Below the pieces are notes generated by a model. That model searched no databases. It saw only the letters and a list, made by a program, of their open reading frames with translations, and had not been told where the DNA came from. Below, in pieces: positions 27,452 through 36,660 of a DNA stretch of 64,000 nt (position 1 is the stretch's first letter; every line of letters begins with the position of its first letter). The stretch comes from a virus (lineage: Duplodnaviria > Caudoviricetes), in the IMG/VR virus record IMGVR_UViG_3300033142_001600, positions 715 through 64,714 of that record. One strand, written 5' to 3'. A program made the position numbers and the translations under genes.

Positions 27452-29083
27452 AGCGACCCCCGCACACGCGCCACCACTACTCGCGCGACCGCCCAGCATA
27501 GCCACCCGCCAACCCCCAGATTGGTAATAATAATCAGTTATATACGTATTTGGATCACCGCCAACTGAAGCGGGCAGAAATCCTCTGGCAATCTGTTCAA
27601 GGGTTTTTTGATATCCGTTTGAACCAGGTAATACTATCCCAAGGTTGGTGTAATTAGTCCAAGTATTATCTGCAAAATTAGTATCATTATTGCAGACATG
27701 AACTTTGTGGTCATCTGCCCCCGTTGCCCCACCAATATTTATTCCATCTACCCATTTCCATACATGACCAAAAAGGTTTTCTATTCCTCTATAACTCATA
27801 TAAGAACCAAGAGCATTAGCCCCGTTATCAATAGCGCCAGAAGCATTACCCAAGCCATTTGACAGTCCTGTTTTTTCAATAGGATTATAACTAGATCGAT
27901 TTAACCAATTCGTACTTCCAAAGCTGGTTAAACCAGCACCTATCATACTTTGAGAATTCCAAGAAGCATATTCAACCAAATAAAATAATTGAATAGTTGA
28001 GATCAAATCATAATCTTGTTGTCTCCAGCCGGTTTCTCGATTACTCGCTACTGCCCTGAAATTAGCTCTTGTTCCTTGGTTTATAGGAGTTTTACTAGCA
28101 ACCGAACTTAATTTATCTCCAGTTGAGGCCACCCAATTTCTTTGAGTTTGAAGATATGCCCTGGGCGCATAATCTTCATCTGTGATTGCCTCATCAACTG
28201 TAAAAGATTGGTCTCCTGTAGAGGCTACTGTAAAGGTAGAGTTATTATGAGCTGAGCTTGATATAGTAATTTTATCCCCCACCTCTAATCTTGTATAGGG
28301 GTTTGTCATAGCAACTTCAAGCGAAGCTATGTGAACTGTACAACTTGACCCAGTTCCACCAGAGGTCGCAACTACTCCTGCCGTGTGACCATAGCCTTTT
28401 GTTGTCAATGTAATCGTGAGGACTTCCCCACTACCACCAATACTTGCGACAGTTACTGTGGCTCCGGTAGTCCCACCTGCTAAGGTCAAAACATCATCAA
28501 CAGAATATCCAGTCCCAGCCGCCGCTCCGACCATATCAACTGTTTTTACTGTGCCGGTTCTATGGATTATGGTTTTTGATGCAGAAATAAAGCCTACATT
28601 ATGGGCTAATTGATATACCCCGTTAGTATATCTTGAAGCGGATACGTCATAAAGAACGCCTTCATAAGCAGACATGTATCTATTCTTAACCCACTCGTCA
28701 TTTTTGTAGAAGGCGTCAAGACGAGTAGCCCCATTAAATTGTTCTTTCGATATTAGATAATGGTGTTTTGAATTCGCATACCAATACTTTAGCCAACCTT
28801 GCGGAACTTCCACCATTACTTGGCCGTCAGCCCCAGTAAGAACGGAAGGGGTGACCATGTCTTCTTTCTTTGTGCGGTCAGTGGCCCCGGTATAATACTG
28901 GACTGCCCCAGCATCATTCAGAAGACAACCCCTCATCCTGGATTGTAAAGCCATAAGATTATCAGGTAATTTTGCCGCGGCAGGACAGCTTTGACCTTGG
29001 CCTATTCGTTCTAAAGTAGGGGAGCTTTGGCTTTCATCCCATACCACCCCCGTCGCCTGGAAATGTTTTCTGCGGTGTGCCAT
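27350..29083 (-). CDS. DGR target: putative receptor-binding protein with C-terminal CLec (Mtd-like) domain
   Basis: GQVMVEVP, MSAYEG, YRGIENLFGHVWKWVDG, WRVAMLGG...AG..YWNLNN C-terminus. Confidence 0.88.
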   Translation of the reverse strand: MAHRRKHFQATGVVWDESQSSPTLERIGQGQSCPAAAKLPDNLMALQSRMRGCLLNDAGAVQYYTGATDRTKKEDMVTPSVLTGADGQVMVEVPQGWLKYWYANSKHHYLISKEQFNGATRLDAFYKNDEWVKNRYMSAYEGVLYDVSASRYTNGVYQLAHNVGFISASKTIIHRTGTVKTVDMVGAAAGTGYSVDDVLTLAGGTTGATVTVASIGGSGEVLTITLTTKGYGHTAGVVATSGGTGSSCTVHIASLEVAMTNPYTRLEVGDKITISSSAHNNSTFTVASTGDQSFTVDEAITDEDYAPRAYLQTQRNWVASTGDKLSSVASKTPINQGTRANFRAVASNRETGWRQQDYDLISTIQLFYLVEYASWNSQSMIGAGLTSFGSTNWLNRSSYNPIEKTGLSNGLGNASGAIDNGANALGSYMSYRGIENLFGHVWKWVDGINIGGATGADDHKVHVCNNDTNFADNTWTNYTNLGIVLPGSNGYQKTLEQIARGFLPASVGGDPNTYITDYYYQSGGWRVAMLGGRASSGGACAGVAYWNLNNSSGNTNQNIAGQLSCFKVLNYDNLSSC

Positions 29084-29496
29084 TATTTCATCTCCGTTTT
29101 AGTTTTTCTTAAATCTTCATTTGTTTTTGCTGCTTCTATTTCAGCGATTTTTATATCTTTAGCCGATAATAAAACACTTATCTGTGAATTTTGATCTACT
29201 TCACCAAAAACGGTCTTGATATCGCCTATTGTTTTGCTCTCAATATTTTCTATTTTTATTTGTTTAGATTCTTCAAATGATCTTTCTTTAATAGCCCATA
29301 CTCGAAGAACTTTGTCTTTTTGAATCTCATAAGAATCTGACAAGGTTTGAGTAGTATAATCATGAATTGGAACTGCCTGTTCCTCTACAGGTAAATACCC
29401 ATGAGCAAGAAGTTTAGAAACGATTAGACTATCTGTATCAGAAATATTTTTAAATTTTATTATTTTATTTTTTTGTATTAATGCATATTTTTTCAC
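29083..29496 (-). CDS. putative tail fibre assembly/accessory protein
   Basis: position between fibre genes; GYLPV...P..D..TQ pattern. Confidence 0.55.
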   Translation of the reverse strand: MKKYALIQKNKIIKFKNISDTDSLIVSKLLAHGYLPVEEQAVPIHDYTTQTLSDSYEIQKDKVLRVWAIKERSFEESKQIKIENIESKTIGDIKTVFGEVDQNSQISVLLSAKDIKIAEIEAAKTNEDLRKTKTEMK

Positions 29497-29556
29497 TACA
29501 CGTCTCCTAAAGGTTTCAGCAAAATTTTTTGCGCGCTAAGAAATTTCCACAATTTT

Positions 29557-31911
29557 CTACCAAGCTGCTACGGCACCAGATAGTTTATATTGTATTGTAC
29601 AGCCAAATAAAAACCCATCTTCCGCGCAGGAATCTACACCATCTGTATTTCGATAAACTTCAAAGAGAATCAAATCGCCGAGTGAAGGAGTTCCACCAAC
29701 GGTAAGTGCTGGAGTTGCCGCAGTAGTTTGTAAATCAGCCCCATCGTCTGCTAAAAGAGTATCGCTTATAATTTGAGCAGTACCTAAAGCAATATCTATC
29801 ACATCACTATCAGATAAAGCACGTGCTTTTATACCAAATTCTACAGTGTCACCTGCTGTGCTACCTGTTGCTGAAGACCAATCAAATTTTACTTTTAAAG
29901 TTCCTAAATCCCAATTTTCAGGCATTTTAAGTTTAAATTGCACTCTTTCTTTTGTTGCACCAGCATCAAAAGCAAAGTGATCCATATCTATATCATTCGT
30001 GCTATATTCTTTTGTTCCTTGAAGAGGGCTAGATGTTGTACAAGGAACCATAGCAGCGGCATCTATATAAGTTGTTTCATAAGTATCTGATCCGCTAATT
30101 GTAATTTCGTCCTCTGCAGAACGTGTAATGTCAATATTATCGCCGCCAACAAAATTCAATATATCGTTCGAAGTTATAGCGTCTTTTGTAACACCACCAA
30201 CTGCAAAACTCCAACTTGAATAATTATCTTTACTATCAATGTTGGTTTGAAGAGAACCTGAGATTGTATCAACCTCACTTTCAGTGTAATATCTATTATC
30301 GTGGGTATGTATACTACAATCATTACTATCTGTTAAATCTGTACGTTGAGCAGAGGTTAAATGATAATACTGCTCTTCTATTCCACCCTGTAATCCTGAT
30401 AAATCATTATGAATTACTGCTGTAGTAATATTAAACGTGGTTGTTTGTATCATTTGAATCTCGTTAAAAGCTTCTACACCGCAATCTATAATTATTCTAC
30501 CAATTAACGCCCCAAATACATCAATAAAATCTTCTACATTTGGAACAGTAGAATTTTCTATAGCTGTTAATGTGCCGTTATCTTGCCCATATACAACATA
30601 AACATGACCGTCGTCTGGGTGAACAAATACCCAATCGCATTTATACTTATTACAGGTGCTTAATCCAGAGGTTATATTATTGTAATTATTTACGTCTATT
30701 TCTGTTTGGTCATCATTGTATATCCAATTAGAACCGTCATAATAAACATAAGTAAATCTACCAGAATCGCTTGTATCAAATTTTGAGAAATCGATCTCAT
30801 TAATGCCTTTGTAAAAATGTCCAGCAGCTATAGAAAAGTGTTTACTACCCTCATCCGTTATTTGGATTTCAGAACACATTTCCCAAAGTCTAATGTGCTC
30901 TATTCTTCTATGTAATTTAGCAATACCATTATTTAGCCGATAGCCCCCAGAAGTCCAATGTATTAAATTATTATAAGAACTTTTAATAAATTTACCTAAT
31001 GGTATGTCTGTAGTTCTATTTGGTTTTGATTCTTGTAAAACTATTTGTGGGTTATTGCTATTATACTGTAAAACTACTCTATAAATAGTTCCAGAAGCTG
31101 TTATAGTAATGTTATCTTGCTCGTCTACATTAAAATATTTTAACTCGCCACTTTCACTATCTGTTGTTCTTAATAAAGCGGTGCCTGCACCAACTTTAAC
31201 AGTGCCACTATTTGTGCCAGAAGATAAAGTAAAACCTGTTAATCTTTGTGGGGATAGTGGGCCATCAATATAATTATTTTTATTGGTTGTTATGGTAGAG
31301 TTTATACTCCCAGATATTGTGTCAACTTCAGATTCTGTATAATACCGGTTATCATGCGCATGTCCAATATCAGATTTTCCGTCTATGTCGGTTTGAAGAT
31401 TACCTGAAAGTGTGGTTTGTGAAGCCGAAGACGCAAATCCAGTATGGCCTGCAGATGCATAATCAAGATTATTTAAGGCTGAGTGGTCTGTTGTTCCCTC
31501 GACGCCTGTGGAACCACTGATTGTAATTTCATCATCAGCGGAACGTGTGATAGTGATGTTGTTGCCGCTAACAAAGTTTAATTCATCTCCAGAAGCAATA
31601 CTATCTTTTGTAACACCATCAACAGCAAAATTCCAATTAGAGTAGTTATCTTTGCCATCAATATCAGTTTTAAGAGAACCGGAGATAACATTAACCTCAG
31701 CCCCTGTATAATAACGAGTATCTAGTTGTCCAGTATTAAGGTCTGTTTTAGTATAATATCTGGCATCTCCTCTTGTGTTTGTATGATATTGAGTATGATC
31801 GTCATCTGATAATCCTGTTAAATCCCCATGATCACTAATTGTACCAGAAAGAACAGTAGAGACTGTATAATAATCTAAATTTTGACTAATTGGATTATAT
31901 GTGTATGGCAT
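29557..31911 (-). CDS. tail fibre-like virion protein with internal repeats
   Basis: repeated H.HDNRYYTESEVDTISGS and KDNYS.W.FAV.GVTKD units; H..L.GL..DDH.QY. Confidence 0.75.
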   Translation of the reverse strand: MPYTYNPISQNLDYYTVSTVLSGTISDHGDLTGLSDDDHTQYHTNTRGDARYYTKTDLNTGQLDTRYYTGAEVNVISGSLKTDIDGKDNYSNWNFAVDGVTKDSIASGDELNFVSGNNITITRSADDEITISGSTGVEGTTDHSALNNLDYASAGHTGFASSASQTTLSGNLQTDIDGKSDIGHAHDNRYYTESEVDTISGSINSTITTNKNNYIDGPLSPQRLTGFTLSSGTNSGTVKVGAGTALLRTTDSESGELKYFNVDEQDNITITASGTIYRVVLQYNSNNPQIVLQESKPNRTTDIPLGKFIKSSYNNLIHWTSGGYRLNNGIAKLHRRIEHIRLWEMCSEIQITDEGSKHFSIAAGHFYKGINEIDFSKFDTSDSGRFTYVYYDGSNWIYNDDQTEIDVNNYNNITSGLSTCNKYKCDWVFVHPDDGHVYVVYGQDNGTLTAIENSTVPNVEDFIDVFGALIGRIIIDCGVEAFNEIQMIQTTTFNITTAVIHNDLSGLQGGIEEQYYHLTSAQRTDLTDSNDCSIHTHDNRYYTESEVDTISGSLQTNIDSKDNYSSWSFAVGGVTKDAITSNDILNFVGGDNIDITRSAEDEITISGSDTYETTYIDAAAMVPCTTSSPLQGTKEYSTNDIDMDHFAFDAGATKERVQFKLKMPENWDLGTLKVKFDWSSATGSTAGDTVEFGIKARALSDSDVIDIALGTAQIISDTLLADDGADLQTTAATPALTVGGTPSLGDLILFEVYRNTDGVDSCAEDGFLFGCTIQYKLSGAVAAW

Positions 31912-31967
31912 TTTTAATTCCTTGTTTTTATGTTTTCTATAATTAGTTAGGTAAGTTTATGGTATGT

Positions 31968-31983
31968 TGGCATAGTTATTGCA
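31968..31983 (+). promoter_or_regulatory. sigma54-type promoter motif
   Basis: TGGCATAGTTATTGCA. Confidence 0.8.
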
Positions 31984-32013
31984 TTGTTTTACAACTAAGC
32001 AGGAGCGTTAAAA

Positions 32014-32388
32014 ATGAGTAGAGAATTATTATTTTCAGTGACTAAAAAGGATCTCGAAGTTCAAGTTTTTAGGGCGGGTGGAAAAGGAGGACAAAGACAA
32101 AATAAAGTTAGTACAGGTGTCCGTATAATTCATAAAGATTCTGGCGCTGTAGGTGAAAGTAGAAATGAACGAAGCCAATATCAAAACAAAAAAATAGCAT
32201 TTAAAAGACTTAACAAGAATCCTAAATTTAAAATTTGGTTAAATCAAAAAGCATACGAAATAACGAATAAAATAAACATAGAAAAAGAATTAAAGAAAGC
32301 AATGTCTCCAGAAAACCTTCTTGTCGAAATTAAAAACGAAAAAGGCGAATGGCTAGATATAAAGGAGAAAACAGATGTCAAAAAATAA
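32014..32388 (+). CDS. RF-1 domain (GGQ) peptidyl-tRNA hydrolase, ribosome-rescue type
   Basis: RAGGKGGQ..NK..TGVR..H, RSQ.QNK..A; no stop-codon recognition domain. Confidence 0.88.
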   Translation: MSRELLFSVTKKDLEVQVFRAGGKGGQRQNKVSTGVRIIHKDSGAVGESRNERSQYQNKKIAFKRLNKNPKFKIWLNQKAYEITNKINIEKELKKAMSPENLLVEIKNEKGEWLDIKEKTDVKK

Positions 32389-32749
32389 AACACCAACACA
32401 AGCGGTAAAGTTTTTTTGTAAGAATTTTTGTTGTTGTGGAAACTCATCTATGCTTAAATCTTGTAATGGTAAAGTACTTTTTTCTAAAAAACTTTGCCCA
32501 CTTTTTTCTTATAGACTAGGAAAAGGACGAGTTTCTGTTAAAAAAATTCGTCAGCACTGTTTAAACTTTTGTATGAATGGTTCAAAATCAGCCGTTAGAG
32601 AATGTCAATCTGAAAATTGTAGTTTGCATCCGTTTAGGCTTGGGACAAATCCTAATTATGGCAAGAAAGACCGTAAAGTAAAAAGTAAGGCAGCAAAGAA
32701 GTTAGGGCTTGCTAAATTGGGTTTGAAAAGTAAAATAAATAAAAAATAA
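32375..32749 (+). CDS. Cys-rich protein with duplicated domain
   Basis: two C..FC.....C...C.L...RLG units. Confidence 0.65.
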   Translation: MSKNKTPTQAVKFFCKNFCCCGNSSMLKSCNGKVLFSKKLCPLFSYRLGKGRVSVKKIRQHCLNFCMNGSKSAVRECQSENCSLHPFRLGTNPNYGKKDRKVKSKAAKKLGLAKLGLKSKINKK

Positions 32750-32750
32750 G

Positions 32751-32972
32751 GTGTATATTTTTATGAGTGACTCTGTTAAACACCCAAAACATTATACATC
32801 TCATCCAAGTGGGGTCGAATGTATTGAAATAACAAAACATATGAACTTCTGTCTCGGTAATGCTTTTAAATATATTTGGCGAGCAGATTTAAAAAATAGT
32901 GCCATTGAAGATTTACGTAAAGCTGTGTGGTATATTGAATGTGAAATTGAAAAGAGAGAACAGGATAGATAA
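32751..32972 (+). CDS. DUF3310 family protein
   Basis: V.HP.HY, ECIE, F.LGNA.KY.WRA..K...EDL.KA.WY. Confidence 0.88.
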   Translation: MYIFMSDSVKHPKHYTSHPSGVECIEITKHMNFCLGNAFKYIWRADLKNSAIEDLRKAVWYIECEIEKREQDR

Positions 32973-32974
32973 TT

Positions 32975-34103
32975 ATGGATAAGATCAAGTGCCCTAATTG
33001 CGGATTCGAATTCGAATTATCGCAAACATTGTTTTCTGAGTTAGAAAATGAATTAAAAGATAAACTTAAAGAAAAAACTAAAGCCTTAGAAATTTCTTCG
33101 GCGGCCGAAAAAAAGAAACTTAAAGAAGAACTTTTAAATGAGAAACAAGAATTCATTAATGGTGTGGAGAAAGATACAACCAAAAGACTACAAGAAGAGT
33201 TTGATTTAAAAGCTAAACTTTCTCAAGATCAGTTAACAACAATAAATGATAAATATCTGCAGTCGCAGCAAAAGATTCAGAAACTTTTAGTAGAAACAGC
33301 CAACAGTCGCCAAATTATAGAGGAAGAGCGAGTACGTTTGTTGGAAGAAAACAATAAAGTTAAAAAAGAATTAGAAATAAAAATACAAACTAAAGTAGAT
33401 GAAGAGCACAGGTTAAAAACTTTAGAACGTGATAAAGTTATAGAAGATCAAAAAAAGAAATTATTAGAAATGCAAAGAAAATTGGAAACCGGATCTTCAC
33501 AATTAGTTGGTGAGGTGCTTGAACTCGATATAGAAACTCGCTTACAAAGTATATACCCATTAGACAAAGTAAAAGAGGTTTTAAAGGGGATAGCCGGTGC
33601 TGATGTAAAGCAAACTGTAATGAATAATTTCTCGCAAGAATGTGGTTTAATACTTATTGAAACAAAGAATACAAAAGAGTTTGCTAAAAAATGGATAAAT
33701 AAATTAAGAGATGATAACTACTGTTTTACCAACGGGTGTAAAGTATTTTACAATACAAGAAGGTATAATTATTTGTAATTATGATTTGTTTTTTGGTTTA
33801 TTAGATGTCTTTAGACATAAATTGATAGATATGCACGGGTTAAGATTATCCAATCAGAATAAATCTAGCAGACTCAGTATATTGTATGATCATGTTACGG
33901 ATCAAAAATTTATAGATAAGATTCAACTTCTTTATAATTTGTATTCTGATATGAAAAACTCATTAGAAGCTGAAAAAAACTCTATTAAACGGGCATGGAA
34001 TAAGCGGGAAGTAGAATTAAAAATATTTTCAGATAATGTTGATTCTATTTGGTCGGAATTAAACGCTATAACAAATGTATTTCCAGAGGGGTTTGGTCAA
34101 TAG
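32975..34103 (+). pseudogene. DUF2130 coiled-coil protein split by frameshift
   Basis: IKCPNCG, GSSQL.GEVLE, GAD, IETK.TK in ORF 32975; continuation TTVLP.G...G..IC in ORF 33711. Confidence 0.7.
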
Positions 34104-34105
34104 TG

Positions 34106-34121
34106 TGGCACAGTTATTGCA
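34106..34121 (+). promoter_or_regulatory. sigma54-type promoter motif
   Basis: TGGCACAGTTATTGCA, identical to 21109. Confidence 0.8.
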
Positions 34122-34325
34122 TATTAATCTATTATGAAAAACAAAGATATTTATAAAAAAATAAGAAATGTTTTTAGAAAACATCATCTTAGATTATTGT
34201 TGGGAAGGAGGGCTATAAGTTTGTCGTGCTTTGTGTAATGGTGTGATTAAATCACAGACGGGGGTGTTGTTTGTATCAGCGAGGGGTGGGGCTGATATTA
34301 TATTAAATTTAAAGGAGAAATTTTT

Positions 34326-34775
34326 ATGGAAACAAAAATTAGTTTGAAAGAAAAATGTTTGATGTTTTTAATCGCAATGTGTTTAGTTTTGACTGCTTCA
34401 TGTTCATTAATAACTAAACAAAATCCAAATGTCAAGACATCATTAGACACTGCTAAAGTAATATATGATGCTTCTTGTGGTTGGTATCTTGGAGTGTATA
34501 GTGATATTGTTATGTTAAATAAAGATCCTTATCTCAATAAAGATGCACAAAAGATACTAAGAAATGAAATAAATCCAGCAATGGATAATTATAAACACGG
34601 ATTGATCGAATATGGTAATTTAATTGATCGAATTGAGACTGATGGGGTAATATCAGCTATAGGTGAGTCTAGTTTGTTATTAAAAGCTGAAGAGTTGGGT
34701 ATGATGAAGCAAAGTATTATAGGTTTAATGTTAGCTATAAACCAATTACAAAGTATAGAGGGGGGATTGATATGA
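34326..34775 (+). CDS. putative lipoprotein
   Basis: hydrophobic signal with LTASC lipobox. Confidence 0.7.
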   Translation: METKISLKEKCLMFLIAMCLVLTASCSLITKQNPNVKTSLDTAKVIYDASCGWYLGVYSDIVMLNKDPYLNKDAQKILRNEINPAMDNYKHGLIEYGNLIDRIETDGVISAIGESSLLLKAEELGMMKQSIIGLMLAINQLQSIEGGLI

Positions 34776-35005
34776 TTCCTGTAATGACAATAGTTACTTT
34801 AATTGAAGCGATTACGGCCCTTGTATCTATAACAGGCAAGACAATAGTGGCTGTTGATAAATTGAAAAATGGAAAACCAGAAGATGTAGATATTGATGCT
34901 TTAAAGAGGTCTTTACTTGAACTACCTGATTTAACTATCTTATTTCCGCCAATAGAAGATAAAGATCAGAATCCGGAAACAGAAAAAGAAGATATAAAAA
35001 AGTAG
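34772..35005 (+). CDS. small hypothetical protein
   Basis: ATGA overlap with lipoprotein gene. Confidence 0.65.
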   Translation: MIPVMTIVTLIEAITALVSITGKTIVAVDKLKNGKPEDVDIDALKRSLLELPDLTILFPPIEDKDQNPETEKEDIKK

Positions 35006-35274
35006 TACTTATTCTTGGAATAGCTTAGTATAATATTTAACAAAAAAGGAGGAAATAAGTGCTTACATATATATTTATTTTTGTTATTGGTATTACTGTT
35101 GGACTTATAATCGGAAAAAAATCTAAAAAAGTTTCTAGCGTTAACTTTTGGGATAGAGCTTTGAGTGCTGAAGAAATAGCATTGTTGTATAAAGCTGATA
35201 AAATAATAAGTGAAAGTTATTCTCAAAAAGTATAACTAAAGTTCAAATCTTTTCACTAAGACCGATAATTTAAA

Positions 35275-35351
35275 TCCAGAGTAGCTCAGTTGGTAGTAGC
35301 GTACGGCTGTTAACCGTGTTGTCGGGGGTTCGAATCCCTCCTCTGGAGCCA
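35275..35351 (+). tRNA. tRNA-Asn(GTT)
   Basis: TCCAGAG/CTCTGGA acceptor, CT-GTT-AA loop, GTTCGAATC, encoded CCA. Confidence 0.93.
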
Positions 35352-35353
35352 AA

Positions 35354-35429
35354 GCCGGCATAGTTTAGTTTGGTAAAATATCTGATTTGTACTCAGATGT
35401 CAGGGGTTCGAGGCCTCTTGCTGGCTCCA
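35354..35429 (+). tRNA. tRNA-Thr(TGT)
   Basis: GCCGGCA/TGCTGGC acceptor, TCTGA-TTTGTAC-TCAGA arm, GTTCGA, encoded CCA. Confidence 0.85.
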
Positions 35430-35656
35430 AAATAATTTTTATAAGGAAAAAGCAATGAAATTATTTAAAAATGAAAGTGAAGCACGGCAGTCGTTAAACG
35501 AAAAAGAAAAAGTATATACAAATGGGTTATGTCCTTACAGTAATAATGGTAAATTATGTGGATCTTGGTGTTCTTTGTTCTATTTTGATAAAGGTGATGG
35601 TAAAAGGGCTCCTTACATTATATTAGGTTGTAAAGCAGGGACGGATAAAAAACTGT

Positions 35657-36193
35657 ATGTATAATAAAATAACAAATAAAAATATAATTTTTCCTAACAT
35701 AGAAAAGCAATTAATAGATTCTATAATTTCAAATTATAAAATAAATAAACAAGTAATTCTTTCTTCTGGAAACATAAGTACCTATTATTACGATATAAAA
35801 TCTCTTTTGCTAAACAATCTTGATTGGAATCAATTAAAAAATTTAGTAATTAAAGATTTAAAAAAGAAATTTCCTGAAATGTCGTGTGTTGCTGGTTATG
35901 GTGTAGGTGGGATGATACTTGCAACAAGAATAGCAAGTTGTTCTGAGTTTCGTATAAATCCACTTATTATTAGAAAAGATGTAAAAAAGTATGGTTTATT
36001 AAAACAAGTTGAAGGACATTGCCCTAATGGTACTCCTCGTGTTGTTATTGTGGATGATGTGTGTACCACAGGTGGAAGTTTCCTGGCCGCCGCAAAAATT
36101 TTGCGCAGCGAAGGAATAAAAATTTTAGGAAATTATGTGCTGTTAAAAAGAAAAGAAAGTAAATTCAAATGTGAATCGTTTATCTCCGTCTAG
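35657..36193 (+). CDS. pyrE: orotate phosphoribosyltransferase-like protein
   Basis: LSSG..S.YY.D, IRK..K.YG....EG, VIVDDVCTTGGS. Confidence 0.85.
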   Translation: MYNKITNKNIIFPNIEKQLIDSIISNYKINKQVILSSGNISTYYYDIKSLLLNNLDWNQLKNLVIKDLKKKFPEMSCVAGYGVGGMILATRIASCSEFRINPLIIRKDVKKYGLLKQVEGHCPNGTPRVVIVDDVCTTGGSFLAAAKILRSEGIKILGNYVLLKRKESKFKCESFISV

Positions 36194-36660
36194 TAGTCTT
36201 TGTCCTTTTTGTAGATTTTTTGATTCGAAGTAGCAAGAGTAATTCCAAATTGAACATTGTTTTCTGTTTTTAAATTTTTTATATATCTCCCACACTTTAT
36301 GTAATCACACAATCTTCTAACACGATAAGGTACTTCACCAAGATCATATCGTGTGAATAAAAATATTTTTTTATTAAGTATTTTTAGTTTTTCTAAAAAA
36401 TCTATCAGTTCTAGATGATCTTGATCCATTGGTTCTCCGCCAAATAACATTATATTTTCTATGAGAATATCGAAGTCTTTTACTTTCTTTTTTATTTCTT
36501 TGAATTTTTCTAAATAGTTGTTATCATCCACAAATTCCCACAACTCTGAGTTATGACATTCCTTGCAGTGTGGTGGATTACATCCCGAGAAGTAAATATC
36601 TAGGGATTCCATAGAAAGTGTGTATTGGGTGCTTGCTACATTCATGATCTTATTAGACAT
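36190..36660 (-). CDS. nrdG: anaerobic ribonucleotide reductase activase
   Basis: FSGC...CKECHN, FGGEP, DYIKCGRY, ATSNQ. Confidence 0.9.
   Translation of the reverse strand: MSNKIMNVASTQYTLSMESLDIYFSGCNPPHCKECHNSELWEFVDDNNYLEKFKEIKKKVKDFDILIENIMLFGGEPMDQDHLELIDFLEKLKILNKKIFLFTRYDLGEVPYRVRRLCDYIKCGRYIKNLKTENNVQFGITLATSNQKIYKKDKDY

Larger units (their letters stand above)
25938..29083 (-). mobile_element. diversity-generating retroelement (target-VR/TR hybrid, spacer, RT, small ORF)
   Basis: DGR-type RT plus CLec-like target and typical spacer sequence. Confidence 0.85.
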
